Below, piece after piece: positions 10,329 through 25,300 of a stretch of DNA of 64,000 nucleotides. Position numbers and translations under genes: made by a program. Each line of letters starts with the position of its first letter. Position 1 is the first letter of the stretch. The notes below the pieces were generated by a model. That model had not been told where the DNA came from and did not search any database. It saw only the letters and a program-made list of their open reading frames with translations. Origin of the DNA: Heterodontus francisci (Eukaryota). The DNA lies in contig NC_090417.1 of NCBI RefSeq assembly GCF_036365525.1, forward strand, positions 9,198,152-9,262,151, given 5' to 3'.

Positions 10329-13300
10329 CTGTGAACAAACATCAAAAAATAATCAGTGACAAGGGAGGGTGCAGTCAATCAAAACGTTAGACTTGATCCA
10401 AGGAGCTGGTTCACATTGGGCGACGGGAGCAATATGGCTGGCAGGAGGATTACCACTCTTGCTGCAGGGAATGGCAGCAACAATAACACACTCACTCGAT
10501 ACAATCACCACTCATGTCATCCTGTGATCCATTCTCAGGAAGCATAGAGAAAGCACTGTGTGTGTGTGTCTCTCTCTCTAGATGTGTATGAACTCTGGCT
10601 TATTTTTGAATCAGAAAAGGCTGTGTCTTGAGGAGAGGAAGTAACTCAGGAAATTGTGAGGAAATCTAAGGAACTGACTGTGGTGACATATGTTTCTACA
10701 TTTACACTACAAACCCTCAACCAAATAACAGATCTTTATGTCTGAGACAGGAAAGTGTGGGACAGCAGGCTATTTGACCATAGAGCGAGCACATTTGTGT
10801 CTGATCCTATCTTCATCCAATGTCCATACCCAAGCACTTTCCAGCAGGGTCACCGGATAGTGATCAGAAGCAAAACCCTCATTGACTTTCCCTCCTTAAC
10901 CAAGGGGTGCTGCCTCCAAACTGCATTACCCCTACTACTGACCTGCTTAAGATTACCTAATGAACACAGATGAAGTATTAAGCCTGGGATCTTCCTGATC
11001 TATCCGATACACCTACTCAGTCGCGAAAGCAAGCTAGCTATTGTAGACATGGACTACAATCGGACTGCGACTCAGTGGCTTCAAATATACAAATTCTCCC
11101 CAAAGAGTTCAGAATGTGATACAAGGCTACACTGAAGCAGGAGGCAGGGTTCTCTGCCCTGCTTGAATATCAGTGTCATGGACTTGTATCTTTTTTCTCC
11201 TCGGATTAAAACAGTGTGTGTCTTTAAGACTCTGTTAAGGGAGAGAAAGTTCTAGAATTTCTAAAGCACAGTGAGCCAAAAGCTGCACTTGTACCCAAAA
11301 CGACAGCAGGAGAGAGAGGTCACATGGTTCAATGTTTCGATTTGACTGTGGGTAAACCTGGCCAAAAAAACGGTCTGAACCAGTTAGATTTTGAGAGGCT
11401 CTCCAATGAGGCGTGCTGCTGAACAGAAGAAAGCTGTCTATTTTCTCTCAGCAAAACTTCTACAGGAAGCTAAGGGCCGAGTTAATTGCCTCAAGAAGAA
11501 AAGCCTTCTTTTTTCAAGAAAGCATTTGTATTGCTGAAGGAACTGTTGATGCCTACTGCAGCCGAAGAGTTGAATACCTATTAAAAATAGACTACTGCAT
11601 CAAATCCATGCGACGACGTTGAGTGGCCTTTGACGATTTACACATTAGAATACCTCATCCATCAGGAACATAACCCACAAAGACTTGTTTATTTATTCTT
11701 AAGAAACAGCTAATTTGTTAAAACACCTCTTTAAAACCAGTTAAACTACTATTTTTTTGAGCGTGTGTGAGAGAATGGGGGAGTTAGATTAAAATAAGCT
11801 ATAAGGTCGTTAGACATAGGTTTATTGAATAGCATTTGAGATTTAGGTTTTACTAAATTGTTAATTTGTTGTTGTCTAAAGATACATGAAAAGGTCTTGG
11901 CGGGTAGGATTAAGGAAAATCCCAAGGCGTTCTACACTTATGTGAGGAACAAGAGGATGGCCAGAGTGAGGGTAGGGCCGATCAGGGATAGTGGAGAGAA
12001 CTTGTGCCTGGAGTCGGAAGAGGTAGGGGTGGTCCTAAATGAACACTTTGCTTCAGTCTTCACTCGTGAGAGGGACCTGGTCGTTTGTGAGGACAGCGTG
12101 GAATAGGCTGATATGCTCGAACAGGTTGAGGTTAAGAGGGAGGATGTGCTGGAAATTTTGAAAGACATGAGGACAGATAAGTCCCCGGGGCCAGACGGGA
12201 TATACCCAAGGATATTACGGGAAGCGAGGGAAGAGATTGCTGCGCCTTTGGCGATGATCTTTGCGTCCTCACTGTCCACTGGAGTAGTACCGGATGATTG
12301 GAGGGTGGCAAATGTTGTTCCCTTGTTCAAGAAAGGGAATAGGGATAATCCTGGGAATTATAGACCAGTCAGTCTTACGTCGGTAGTGGGCAAATTATTG
12401 GAGAGGATTCTGAGAGACAGGATTTATGATTATTTGGAAAAGCATGGTTTGATTAGAGACAGTCAGCATGGCTTTGTGAGGGGCAGGTCATGCCTCACAA
12501 GCCTTATTGAATTCTTTGAAGATGTGACAAAACACAATGATGAAGGAAGAGCAGTGGATGTGGTGTATATGGATTTTAGCAAGGCGTTTGATAAGGTTCC
12601 CCATGGTAGGCTCATTCAGAAAGTGAGGAGGCATGGGATACAGGGGAAGTTGGCTGTCTGGATACAAAATTTGCTGGCTCATAGAAGACAGAGGGTGGTA
12701 GTAGATGGAAAGTATTCAGCATGGAGCTCGGTGACCAGTGGTGTTCCGCAGGGATCTGTTCTGGGACCTCTGCTCTTTGTGATTTTTATAAATGACTTGG
12801 ATGAGGAAGTGGAAGGCTGGGTTAGTAAGTTTGCTGATGACACAAAGGTTGCTGGAGTTGTGGATAGTGTGGAAGGCTGTTGTAGGTTGCAACGGGACAT
12901 TGACAGGATGCAGAGCTGGGCTGAGAAGTGGCAGATGGAGTTCTGGAAAAGTGTGAAGTGATTCATTTTGGAAGGTCGAATTTGAATGCTGAATACAGGC
13001 TTAAAGACAAGATTCTTGGCAGTGTGGAGGAACAGAGGGATCTTGGGGTCCATGTCCATAGATCGCTCAAAGTTGCCACCCAAGTTGATAGGGTTGTTAA
13101 GAAGGCGTATGGTGTGTTGGCTTTCATTAACAGGGGGATTGAGTTTAAGAGCCTTGAGGTTATGCTGCAGCTCTATAAGGCCCTGGTTCGACCACATTTG
13201 GAATATTGTGTTCAGTTCTGGTCACCTCTTTATAGGAAGGATGTGGAAGGCGTATGGTGTGTTGGCTTTCATTAACAGGGGGATTGAGTTTAAGAGCCTT

Positions 13301-16300
13301 GAGGTTATGCTGCAGCTCTATAAGGCCCTGGTTCGACCACACTTGGAATATTGTGTTCAGTTCTGGTCACCTCTTTATCGGAAGGATGTGGAAGCTTTAG
13401 AGAGGGTGCAGAGGAGATTTACCAGGATGCTGCCTGGATTGGAGGGCATGTCTTACAAAGAAAGGTTGAGGGAGCTAGGGCTTTTCTCATTGGAGCGAAG
13501 AAGGATGAGAGGTGACTTGATAGAGGGGTACAAGATGATGAGAGGCATAGATAGAGTGGATAGCCAGAGACTTTTTCCCAGGGTGGAAAGGGCTATCACC
13601 AGGGGGCATAATTTTAAGACGAGGAAGGTTTCGGGGAGATGTCAGAGGTAGGTTCTTTACACAGAGAGTGGTGGGTGCGTGGAATGCGCTGCTAGCAATG
13701 GTAGTAGAAGCAGATACGTTAGGGACATTTAAGCGACTCTTGGATAGGTACATGGATGATAGTAGAATGAAGGGTAGGTAGTTAGTTTGATCTTAGAGCA
13801 GGTTAAAGGTTCGGCACAACATCGTGGGCCGAAGGGCCTGCACTGTGCTGTACTGTTCTATGTTCTCTACCTGATTTGGTCTGTTTTATTCCAGGGTTAC
13901 TAGTGTTTGATTTGGCAGTTTTCTGGTTGGATGGAAAGCTTTAAATAATATGCCATGACCTGTGGAGTGACGGGACTGAATTGACAGTGCGTTGCTCCCG
14001 CCTCGGTCCCAACATCAGTCTTAATTCATTTGACATCTACCTCAAAATCATTAGTAAGGGTAAATTTTATTCTTCAAACATTGTGACTCTAGATCTGTCA
14101 TCATCCTAAAAATTGTTGCCATTGGCAGAAGGGTTGAGAACCAGAGGACATAGATTTGAAGTGATTGGCAAAAGAACCAAAACCAACATGAGGACAAGCT
14201 TTTTTTTACAGAGCGAGCAGTTGGACCTCCTTCTGTCTTGTCACCATTCTATGATTCGATAACCACAAATAAGTACCTTCATTGACAAAAAAATCTGCCA
14301 GGAGGTAGGAGACTTCAACAGCATTTGGCGAGTGTGGGAAAGCTACATGCTCCTGCCACTGAAACCGGTTAACTTCTGGATGCCACTGGACCCCATAGAA
14401 AGGATACAGGATGCCTGCAGAGATTGGCAAGTGAAAGATCTGGATTAGGAATTTGTAAAGAATATTTATATATAGCTAGATACAAACTCTTATTCATTTT
14501 CTACATTCTATTTGTCTTTATTATAGGTTTTTAATGACTGGTGATAGGTCTGTTCAGCAGTTACAGACGAAAAATAATCTTTAAAAAAAGGAAAAAGTCA
14601 GTCATTTTCTTCTGGATTTTCTGATCCTGGGGAGGAGCTGAGAATTCATAAGCAGTTGTTAATGTTCAGAGAAAGAATCACTCTCAGACTGACCTCATGA
14701 AGTCCTGAAAAGGAGTTGGCCTCTGATTGATCAAAGGACAGACAATTAGACCTTGCAGTCTTAAAGGGACAGCCCGATAACACACAATTGCACCTTAGTA
14801 GCAGCTGCATGATATCTCCTTCATAAAAGAGACAATGTGAGTAATACCATGAGAGATGGGCCAGTAGTTGCTGAGAAAAATGCACATTACCTAGTCTGAA
14901 ATGTTGTTGCCTTGCAGAGTCCTGCTCTGTCAATCCTCTGCTGGTTCAATTATGTGTACTGTTAGGATGTCGTGCGCAGAGATTTTCTTTTATATTCACT
15001 CACGGGATGTGATCATCGCCAGCAAAACCAGCATTTGTTGCCCAAGCCTAACTGCGCTTGAGAAGGTGCTGGTGAGCCGCCTTCTTGAAATGCTGCAGTC
15101 CATGTGGTGTAGGTACAGCCACAGTGCTGTTATCAAACGAGTTCCGGGTTTTTAAACTGAAGGAACAGCGATATAGTTCCAAGTCTTGCTTCCAAGATTG
15201 GAGGGGAACTTGCGGGTGGTGGTGTTACTCAAGTAATATTACACACGTCCTACCGTCACCCTATTAACCTCAATAGTATTGTTTAAAAATCTGATAGGAA
15301 GCACCAGATCTGTCCCTAGCCTGCTCTCAAGTGCTATTTTCCATTAGTAAATGAGGCGATTCTGGAATATACACTGGCAATCCTTGCATTGTTACTAGAG
15401 GAGCTGAGGATGAAAGTGGGTGTGATATATATTCAGTCTGCATCAACGTCCCCTCTAATTTTTTGTTGTTGTGCGAGGCCTGTTCATTTCAGTGGACGGT
15501 ACCGTTATATTTTCTTGCATGGTCATGCACGTGTGGTATCTTAAAGGGGATGACTTGTGAGCGGCCTGCATGATAACTTCAGGGCTGCTGTACGGCCACA
15601 CACGTGTGCAGCTTAGATGGAACATTGGTCACCATTGAATAAATATAAAAAAATATATCATTTTTAACTGTTGTAACATTAGGGATATGGTACAATCCTG
15701 CCCCCCACCCCACAACAAGAGTTTCCTTCCCCTTCAGCTGAAATTCTGTTCCGCTCCCACTTAGTCACACTGCCAAGATAAATCAAATCTTTTCCGAAAA
15801 TACGGAGTTGGAGCCTGAGCTCATCAATGAGATGGTTAGTGTAAAGGAGTCTCCATCCCTGGGACTATATGATAGAATTGACTGATCTCGTATTCAGAGC
15901 CAACATATGGCCTGGCATCGATTCCTGTGACTGGAAATTCCTCCAGGTGTTGAGTTCATCCCTATGGCAACATGACTTTGCCCATGGGTTACATGGGAAC
16001 ATTGGAGCAGGAGTAGGCCATTCAGCCCATCGAGCCTGCCCCGCCATTCAATATGATCATGGCTGATCATCCACTTCAATGCCTTTTTCCCACACTATCC
16101 TCATATCCCTTTATGTCATTTGTATTTAGAAATCTGTCAATCTCTGCTTTAAACATACTCTATGACTGAGCTTCCACAGCCCTCTGGGGTAGAGAATTCC
16201 TAAGATTCACAACCCTCTGAGTAAAGAAATTTCACCTCATCTCTGTCCTAAGTGGCTCCCCCTTTATTTTGAAATTGTGTCCCCTGGTTCTAGACTCGCC

Positions 16301-19300
16301 AACCAGGGGAAACATCTTAGCTGCATCTACCCTGTCTATCCCTTTTAGTATTTTGTAGGTTTCAATGAGATCACCTCTCATTCTTCGAAACTCTCGAGAA
16401 TACAGGCCCAGTTTCCCCAATATCTCTTCATAGGACAGTCTGCCATTCCGAGAACATGTCTGGTGAACCTTTGCTGCACTCCCTCCATGGCAATAATATC
16501 CTTCTTAAGATAAGGGGACCAAAACTACACACAGTACTCCAAGTGCAGTCTAACCAAGGTTCTATACAATTAAAGCAAGACTTCACTAGTCCTGTACTTA
16601 AAACCTCTTGCAATAAAGGCGAACATACTATTAGCCTTCCTAATTGCTTGCTGCACCTGCATGTTAGCTTTCAGTTACTTTTTGACAAGGACACCCTGGT
16701 CCCTTTGTACATCTACACTTTCTAATCTCTTACCATTTAAGAAATACTCTGCACATCTATTCTTCCTACCAAAGTGGATAACCTCACATTACTCCATATT
16801 ATATTCCATCTGCCACATTCCTGCCCATTCACCAAGTCATTCCCAATCCCCTTGAAGCCGCTTTACATCTTCCTCACAACACACATTCCACCTAGTTTTG
16901 TGTCATCCGCGAACTTGGAAATACTATATTTGGTCCCCACATCCAAATCATGGATATATATTGTAAACAGCTGGGGCCCAAGTACTGATCCTTGCGGTAC
17001 CCCACTAGTCACAGCCTGCTAACGCGAGAATGACCCGTTTATTCCTACTCTCTGCTTTCTGCCTGTTAACCAATCCTGAATCCATGCCAGTATGTTACCT
17101 CCTATCCCATGTGCTTTAATCTTGCTGACCAACCTCCTCTGGGAGACTAGATCAAAAGCCTTCTGAAACTCCAAGTATACCACGTCCACCAACTCCTCTT
17201 TTCCAATTCTGTTAGTAACATCCTCAAAAAACTTCAACAGGTTCATCAAGCATGATTTCCCATTCATAACTCCATGTTGACTATGCCCAATCAGATCATT
17301 ATTATCCCAGTGCCCATTTATCACATCCTTTAGAATAGATTCCAGCATTTTCCCAATGACTGATGTCATGCTAACAGGTCTGTAACTCCCTGGTTTATGT
17401 CTCTCTCCCTTTTTAAATAATGGGGTGACATTTGACACCTTCCAATCTGCAGGAATTGCTCCAGAATCTATAGAATTTTGGAAGATGATCACCAATGCTC
17501 CCACTATCTCCATAGCTACCTTTTTCAACACTCTGGGATGTAGAATATCAGATCGTGGGACTTAACAACCTTCAGCCCCATTAATTCCTCCAACACAACC
17601 TTATTACTAATACTAATTTCCTTCAATTCCTCATTCTCCGTAATCCCTTGGACCTCTAATTCTGGGAGATTACTTGTATGTTCCTCAGTGAAGACAGACA
17701 CAAAGTAATCATTTAGCTTCTCTACCATTTCTCTATTTCCCATTATAAATTCTCCTGACTCTGCCTGTAGTGGACTCTAAGCCAAATGTTTAATTTTTAT
17801 GTACCTGTTGAAGCTTTTACAGTCCATTTTTATACTTTTTGCTAGCTTACATTCATATTTTATTCTTCCTTTCTTCATCAGTTTGGTCCTCCTTTGCTGT
17901 ATTCTAAAATCCTCCCAATCCTCAGGTTTACTCGTATTTCTGGCAACTTTATAGGCCTTTTCTTTTCATCTTATACAATCCTTCACTTCCTTTGTTATCC
18001 GCGGTTGACTGCCTTTAGTTTAGGGGTTTTTGTGCCTTGAAAGAATGCATAGTTGCTGTAAACTATATAATATTTCTTTAAAGACTATCGATTGCCTATG
18101 CACTGTCATACCTTTTAATGTATTTTCCCAATCCACCCCTCATACGTTCATAATTTCCTTTGTTCAAATTTAACACCCTGGCTTCACATTGAACTACCTC
18201 ACTTTCAAACATAATGTAAAATTCTATCATATTATGGTCACTCATCCCTAAAAGTTCTTTTACATCAAGATTATTAATTAGCCCTTTCTCATTACATAAA
18301 ACTAGATCTAAAATAGCCTGTTCTCTCATCGGTTCCTCAATGTACTGCTCTAGAAAACCATCCCTAACATACCCCAGAAACTCGTCCTCCACAGCATGAG
18401 TACCCATTGGGTTTACCCAGTCTATATGCAGAGTGAACTCACCCATGATTACTTTATTCCCCATGCCACATGCTTTTCTCATCTCCTGATGAATACCATG
18501 CCCTACACTACCACTACTGTGGTAGTTTGGTGGCCTATAACAGTCCTACCACTGTTGACTGCCCCTTGCTGTTTCTTAGCTCCACCCAAACAGATTCCAC
18601 ATTTTGTTCTCCTGATCTGAGATCTCCCCACAACTAATGTACTGATCCCATCCCTCATTATCAGTGCAACATCACCTACTTTTCCTTTGTGCCTGTCCTT
18701 CCTAAATGTCGAATATCCTTGCATAATCAGTTCCCAGTCTTGGTCACCCTGTAGCCACGTTTCCGTTTTGGCAATTAGATCATAACCATTTACTTCTATT
18801 TGGACCTTTAAATCATCTACCTAGTTGCGAATGCTACGTGCATTCACGTAGAGTGCCCTTAACCTTGTCTTCTTGACATTATTCTGCATTCTAAGCCTAG
18901 TTGATGCTCGTCTTTGTTTTGCCTGCCTTCTAATGTCACTTGCTACTTTTCTACCTCCTGTTACCAGCTTTACTTCTTTCCAATTTGAGCTACCCCTCAG
19001 GCTCCCATCCCTCTGACAAGCTAGTTTAAACCCTCCCCAACAGCACCAGCAAATCTCCCTGCGAGGGTATTAGTTCCGGTCCTGCTAAGGTGTAGCCTGT
19101 CCATCTTGTATAGGTCTCCGCTGTCCCAGAACTGGTCCCAATGCCTCAGAAATCTGATGCCCTCTCTCCAACACCAATTCTCCAGCCACGTGTTCAATCG
19201 ATCAATCCTCCTATTCCTATGCTCACTAGCACGTGGCACTGGGAGAATCCTGAGATTACTGCTTTGGAATTCCTGCTTTTTAATTTCCTTCCTAACTCGC

Positions 19301-22300
19301 TAAAGTCTGCTTTCAGGACCTCATCACTCTTCCTACCTATGTCATTGGTACCAATGTGGACCAGACCTCTGGCTGTTCACCCTTCCCCAAAAGAATGTCC
19401 TGCAGCTGCTCCATAACATCCTTGACCCTTGCACCAGGGAGGTAACACACCCCCTATCACTATTGCTCTTCCACCCTTCCTGTGCAGCTGAGCCACCCAT
19501 GGTGCCACAGTCTTTGCTCTGGCTGCACTCCCCTGAGGAACCATCGCTCTTACCAGTATCCAAAATGGAAAACCAATTTGCAAGCAAGATAGAGTCAGGG
19601 GACTCCTGCATTGCCTGCCTGGTTCTCTTAGATGCCCGGCGGTCACCCATTTCCCCTCTGCCTGCATGTTCCGAACCTGCAGTGTGACCACCTCCCTAAA
19701 CGTGCTATCCACGCAGTCCTCTGCCTCGCGAATGCACAACGTGACTCCAGCCGCCGCTCGAGTTCCGAAACCCGGAGCTCAAGTTCCTGCAGCAGGTGAC
19801 ACTTCCTGCAGATGTGTTTGTCTAGGACACATGGTGTGTCCATGACGTCCCACATACCACAGGACATACATTCCACTTGGCCAAGCTGACCTGTCATAAC
19901 TTAACTTTAAAAACTTTATTGCAATGAGAAGTAAAATAACTTACCAGTCAACTTCCTCCCCTGTACCAAAGAGAGAGGCAGCTACTGGAGGCTGAAAAAA
20001 GTCAGAAGAAAGAAAGAAAGGAGCCCCTCCCTCACGCACCAAACTCCCTTCTAAACATTCTGTGTCCTCCAGCAGCACTTAGTGCAGACAAGCAGCACTG
20101 AGAGTCCCCTCAATTTATACTCTGAAAACAATGCTGTGTCAGCTCCGCTACAGCTCAGAAACCAGTTTAAGCTAGCTACCTAATTAACTAGCTGCAGATA
20201 GTCTCAGAGTGTTAGTATACCCCTATTTATAACTGCAAGAAACCTAACTTACCTCTTAACTGAAACAGGAATTTCAATTAACTGTTCGATGTAAACAAAA
20301 TTAGTCTCGAGAGATTAACCCTTAAAATTCACTCACTTACCAAACTCCCTTCTTCACACTCAGTGCAGACCACAGTTAAACATAAAATCTGGAAATATTA
20401 TTTCTGTGCGTTGTGTGCAATAAAACTGTAAACATCGTAAATAGAAGTAAAAAAAATATTCCGTCATGGTGGAATTTCTAGCTGTCACCATGGTTTCAAT
20501 TTGTATCACCCTGACAATGAAACAATTTGTATTCTATCCCGTAGACCCAGAGAGAAGCTTGAAATTCTCAGCTTAGCAGACCTGTGAAGCCAAATTCCTT
20601 GGATTCAAATGTACTGCAACTTGAAGTCAATGATTCTTTTACTAGTTTAACTGTAGCCACCGCCAACAAAATACCTATGGTATCTTTGCAGCTGGAGTAA
20701 CTTATGGTTAAACTTAATCTGAGAGGTCTGGTAGAATACTGTTCTGAAGGCTTTCCCTTGGTACTCGAGCATTTTTTATTCTATTGGTAATGGTGCTTCA
20801 CTTTGTTGTAATTGTGATTTTGTGTGTTCTGTTTCAATGCAGAGCAATACAGAGTAATCCATAATTGTTGGGATGAAGAGGACCTCCAATACGATCACCA
20901 AAAAAAGGGTTCAATGCTCGTTAAGTCTCCTGCAGAGAGAAGATCGTACAAACCCTTGCAGATCAATATTCATTCCAAATTCACAGGCAATACAGAACAC
21001 GTCTTGACCATTTGTGGGAGCAGCCCCCAAATCCTGCATTGGAAAGATGAGCTGGAGTTGTGATTTTTTTTTAATGATCTGGAATTTCTTTGTGCCGAGT
21101 ATCAAGGCATTCAACAGAATTGGAAGATTTGTTTTTAATGAAATCAATACCCATGATCAGCCCGACTGCTGAACTTAGTAATGACATGCAATTCTGGAAA
21201 GCGGACTGACGGTGTGTGGGTAGGTCAGTTAATAACACAAACAAAAATCAGTTTTCAATCAGTGGGAAGGATCCATGACAAAATGTAGCCTTTGACCCCA
21301 ATCAATGATGTCATTGAGCAAATTGACAAAATTTTGAAACAGAACACAAAAATAAGACAGAAGTGTACTGCAACCAGAGGCTGAGGACAATGAATTTATG
21401 AAAATCTAAAGAACTTGACAGAAAAAGAACAACCTTTGATGTTTATACTTTGGCAAAGCTTTGCAAAAGACAATAAAAAGGATGTTACCCTGTTAACTAA
21501 TGTGAAAAAGGTTGATTCAATCAAGTGACGAGAAGTGTATAATGCTGAAAGAAATGAAATATGATTCTGAAATGAGCTCAATATTTACACAGAGCAATGA
21601 GGGAAAGCACATGACAGTCACAACTAGTTGATCAGGCCCTTGTGGATGCTTTGTTTGGATGATGGCCTATTCATCTGTAAATGGCGGTTAAACAAATGAG
21701 AAAAACATAGTGCTTTTTGCACATGCTACGTTACTGTGATTAAAGCTCCTGCTACAGTTATATTAACTCTACAGGAGCAGTCACACTGTTCAACCTACCT
21801 TCCATAGTAGACACAAACTCCACGCCCTTTCTGTCATTATTGGTGGATAGAATTGAATAGAATTTACTTAGTTTCTCATCTCCCAGAAAAGCCTACCAAA
21901 AATAGCAAACAAATTACAGTGTAAATAAAGCGAATAAATGCTTGCTGCAGGAGGGACTTTTGGGAATTTCTAGATGGACAAATTTAAATGGCCTTACTAA
22001 CTTAAGGAAAAATAACCTTATTTACTGACTGATGCAGGACACTATTGTAGTACCTCCTCTTTTCCACCAACACAATTTTTTCCCCTCCTCTCCTATAAAG
22101 CACCGAGAATGCTGGGGTGCAGCAACAAGACTGCTGTTCTATAAAGTCCAAAAGCCCTGGATGTAATGAACTGAGTTGCACTATCATACAGATCCAGTGG
22201 CACGTCCTGGATCTGGAGCTGGTATATTTACAGGTTTTTCCTCACTTCTCATACATTAGAAATTGGAGCAGGAGTATGTCTGATCTTCAATCACTACTCC

Positions 22301-25300
22301 ACTTTCTCGTCCGATCTCCGTATCTCTTGGTTCCCTTAGTGTCTATTAATCTCAGCCTTGAATACACTCAATGATTGAGTATGCACAGCTCTCTGCAGAA
22401 GATAATTCCAAAGCTTCACAACCCTGAATGTGAAGAAGTGAGTGAAGAAATTTCTCCTCTCCGTCCAAAATGGACAACCCCTTATCCTAAGACTATGCCA
22501 CCTCGACTCTTGCGCTCGAGTATACAGACTCTCAGCATCTACCCTGTCGAGCCCTCTCAGAATCGTGTGTGTTTCAAAGAGATCCCCTCTCATTCTTCTA
22601 AACTCAAGACAGTATCAGCCCACTGTACTCAATCTCTCCTCATAGACCAACCCCTTCATCCCAGGAATCAATCTAGTGAACCTTCACTGTACCCCATTCT
22701 AAGGCAACTTCACATCCACTTCACACCCTCTTCTGCTGATTGTACTGCATACAATGACACACGGGTAGGGTCCCAGCAGATTGGAAAACTGCTAATGTGA
22801 CACCCCTATTCAAGAAAGGAGGAAGACAGAAAGCAGGAAACTATAGACCAGTTAGCTTAACATCTGTCATTGGGAAAGTGCTAGAGTCCATTATTAAGGA
22901 AGAAATAGCAGGACACTTAGAAAAACATAATGCAATCAAACAGAGCCAACATAGTTTTGTGAAAGGGAAATCATGTTTGACAAACTTGTTAGAGTTCTTT
23001 GAGGATATAACAAGCGGAGTGGATAAAGGGGAACAGGTAGATGTAGTGTATTTGGATTTTCAGAAGGCATTCGATAAGGTGTCACGTAAAAGGTTATTGC
23101 ACAAAATAGGAGCTCAGTATATTGGGGGTAATGTGTTGGCGTGGATTGAGGATTGGCTAACACACAGAAGGCAGATAGTCGGGATCAATGGGTCTTTTTC
23201 AGGTTGGAAAGCTGTAACTCGTGGGGTGCCACAAGGATCGGTCCTAGGGCCTCAACTATTTACTATCTATATTAATTACTTGGAGGAATGCTGTTCTATG
23301 TTCCATTAGAATGAAGGGTATGTAGGTAGTTTGATCTTAGAGTAGGTTAAAGGGTCAGCACAACATCGTGGGCCGAAGGGCCTGTACTGTGCTGTACTGT
23401 TGTATGTTCTGTGAAGGGACAGAGTGTAATGCATCCAAATTTGCTGACGATACAAAAACAGGTGGGAAGGTATGTTATGATGGGGACACAAAGAATCTGC
23501 AAAGGGACATAGATAGGTTGAATGAGTGGGCAAAAACTTGGCAGATGGTGTTCAATGTGGGGAAGTGTGAGGTCATCCACTTTGGTAGGAAGAATAAAAA
23601 GGCAGATTAATATTTAGATGGAGAGACTACAAAATACTGCAGTGCAGAGGGATGAGTGTTCTTGTACATGAAACACAAAGTTAGCATGCCGGTGCAGCAA
23701 GTAATTAGGAAGGCAAATGGAATTTTGGCCTTTATTGCGAGGGGGGTTAGAGGTTAATGTTTAAAAATAGGGAAGGCTTGTTACAACTGTATAGGGGGTT
23801 GGTGAGGCCACACCTGGAGTACGGCGTACAGTTTTGATCCGCGTATTTAAGGAAGGATATACACTCGCATTGGAGACAGTTCAGAAAAGGTTCACGAGAC
23901 CGATTCCTGGGATGAAGGGGTTGTCTTATCAAGAACAGCTAAACAGGTTCGGCCTTTCTTTATTGGAGTTTAGAAGAATGAGAGGTGATCTTATTGAAGC
24001 ATATAACATTCTAAGGGGGCTTGACAGGGTAGACGTTGAGAATATGTTTCCACTGGTGGGGGAATCTCGAACTAGCGGACATAGTTACAGAATAAGGGGG
24101 CACACATTTAAAACTGAGATGCAAAGGAATTTCTTCTCTCAGAGGGTGGTGAATCTCTGGAATTCTCTACCTCAGAGAGTTGTGTAAGCTCGGTCACTAA
24201 ATGTATTTAAGGCGGAAGTAGATTGATTTTTGAAATCTCAGGGAATCAAGGGTTATGCAGAGCAGGCCTGAAAGAGGAATTGAGGCCTGGGACAGATCAG
24301 CCATGATCTCAGTGAATGGTGGGACAGACTTGAGGGGCTGAATGGCCTACTCCTGCTCCTATTTCTTCTGTTCTTACGAAGAACATGAAAAATATTACCT
24401 TCACAGTAATAGAAAAGTTATGGAAATTCCCCGTCAGTGGCTCATTGGATAAAGCCTTGTACACATCCAGAGGAAATTTCTGAAACATTTTACTCGATGC
24501 AGCAGCTGTGAGGGGGGAGGGGGAAAGAGAGAAACGGAGTTAAAATTAAAATGTATAGCTGAACACAAATGGGCAGCAATCCACCTGTAATGAGAAAGAA
24601 TCTTTTGATTACAAAAACATTTGTATGGTTAGAAGAATAAAAGACAAACAGGCCCACATTTCCAACTCTGAGTTGATCTGTACTAACCCATCGGCCCTTT
24701 CACCAGGTGTCCAGATCATCCAAAAAGATGAATTTGCTGATGTCAGCCAGCAGTGGTCTGTGGGAAGGATCTCGTGATGTTCAAGCAAAGACTTACACTG
24801 ATCTTACACTGATAGCTTCTTCGGAAAGCAGAAGGGTAAGTCTAGGGTTATTGCCAAGAAGTGCGGCTTACTCGCAGTCTGGCATCAATTCTCCCTGCAG
24901 TTCACACTAGAAAGTACTAGGTACCATCCATCAACACTGCAGAGGGAACTCCTTCAATCTCCTTGGTATGACTCACATTTGCAACTTGGTGCAGAGTGAA
25001 CCTACATTTCTCCCACTCTATTTTATTCAGCATCACTATATGACTGTTTGCATTTATATGACGCCTTATCACAGCGAAATATCTCAAAGTGTATCACACA
25101 GTGAATTATTTTTGGAGTGCACTGACTGCTGTTAAGCAGCCAAATGCTGCAATGCCACACCAACAATAACTCACAAACAGTAATCAGATAACTGAACTGT
25201 TTACATCCTTTGTGAGGTGATGTGAGTTGAGGAAGGAATTGTGCTCTTCTTCAAATAGTGTGCTGAATATCCTGGAAGGCAGGACCCCAACAATGCAGCA

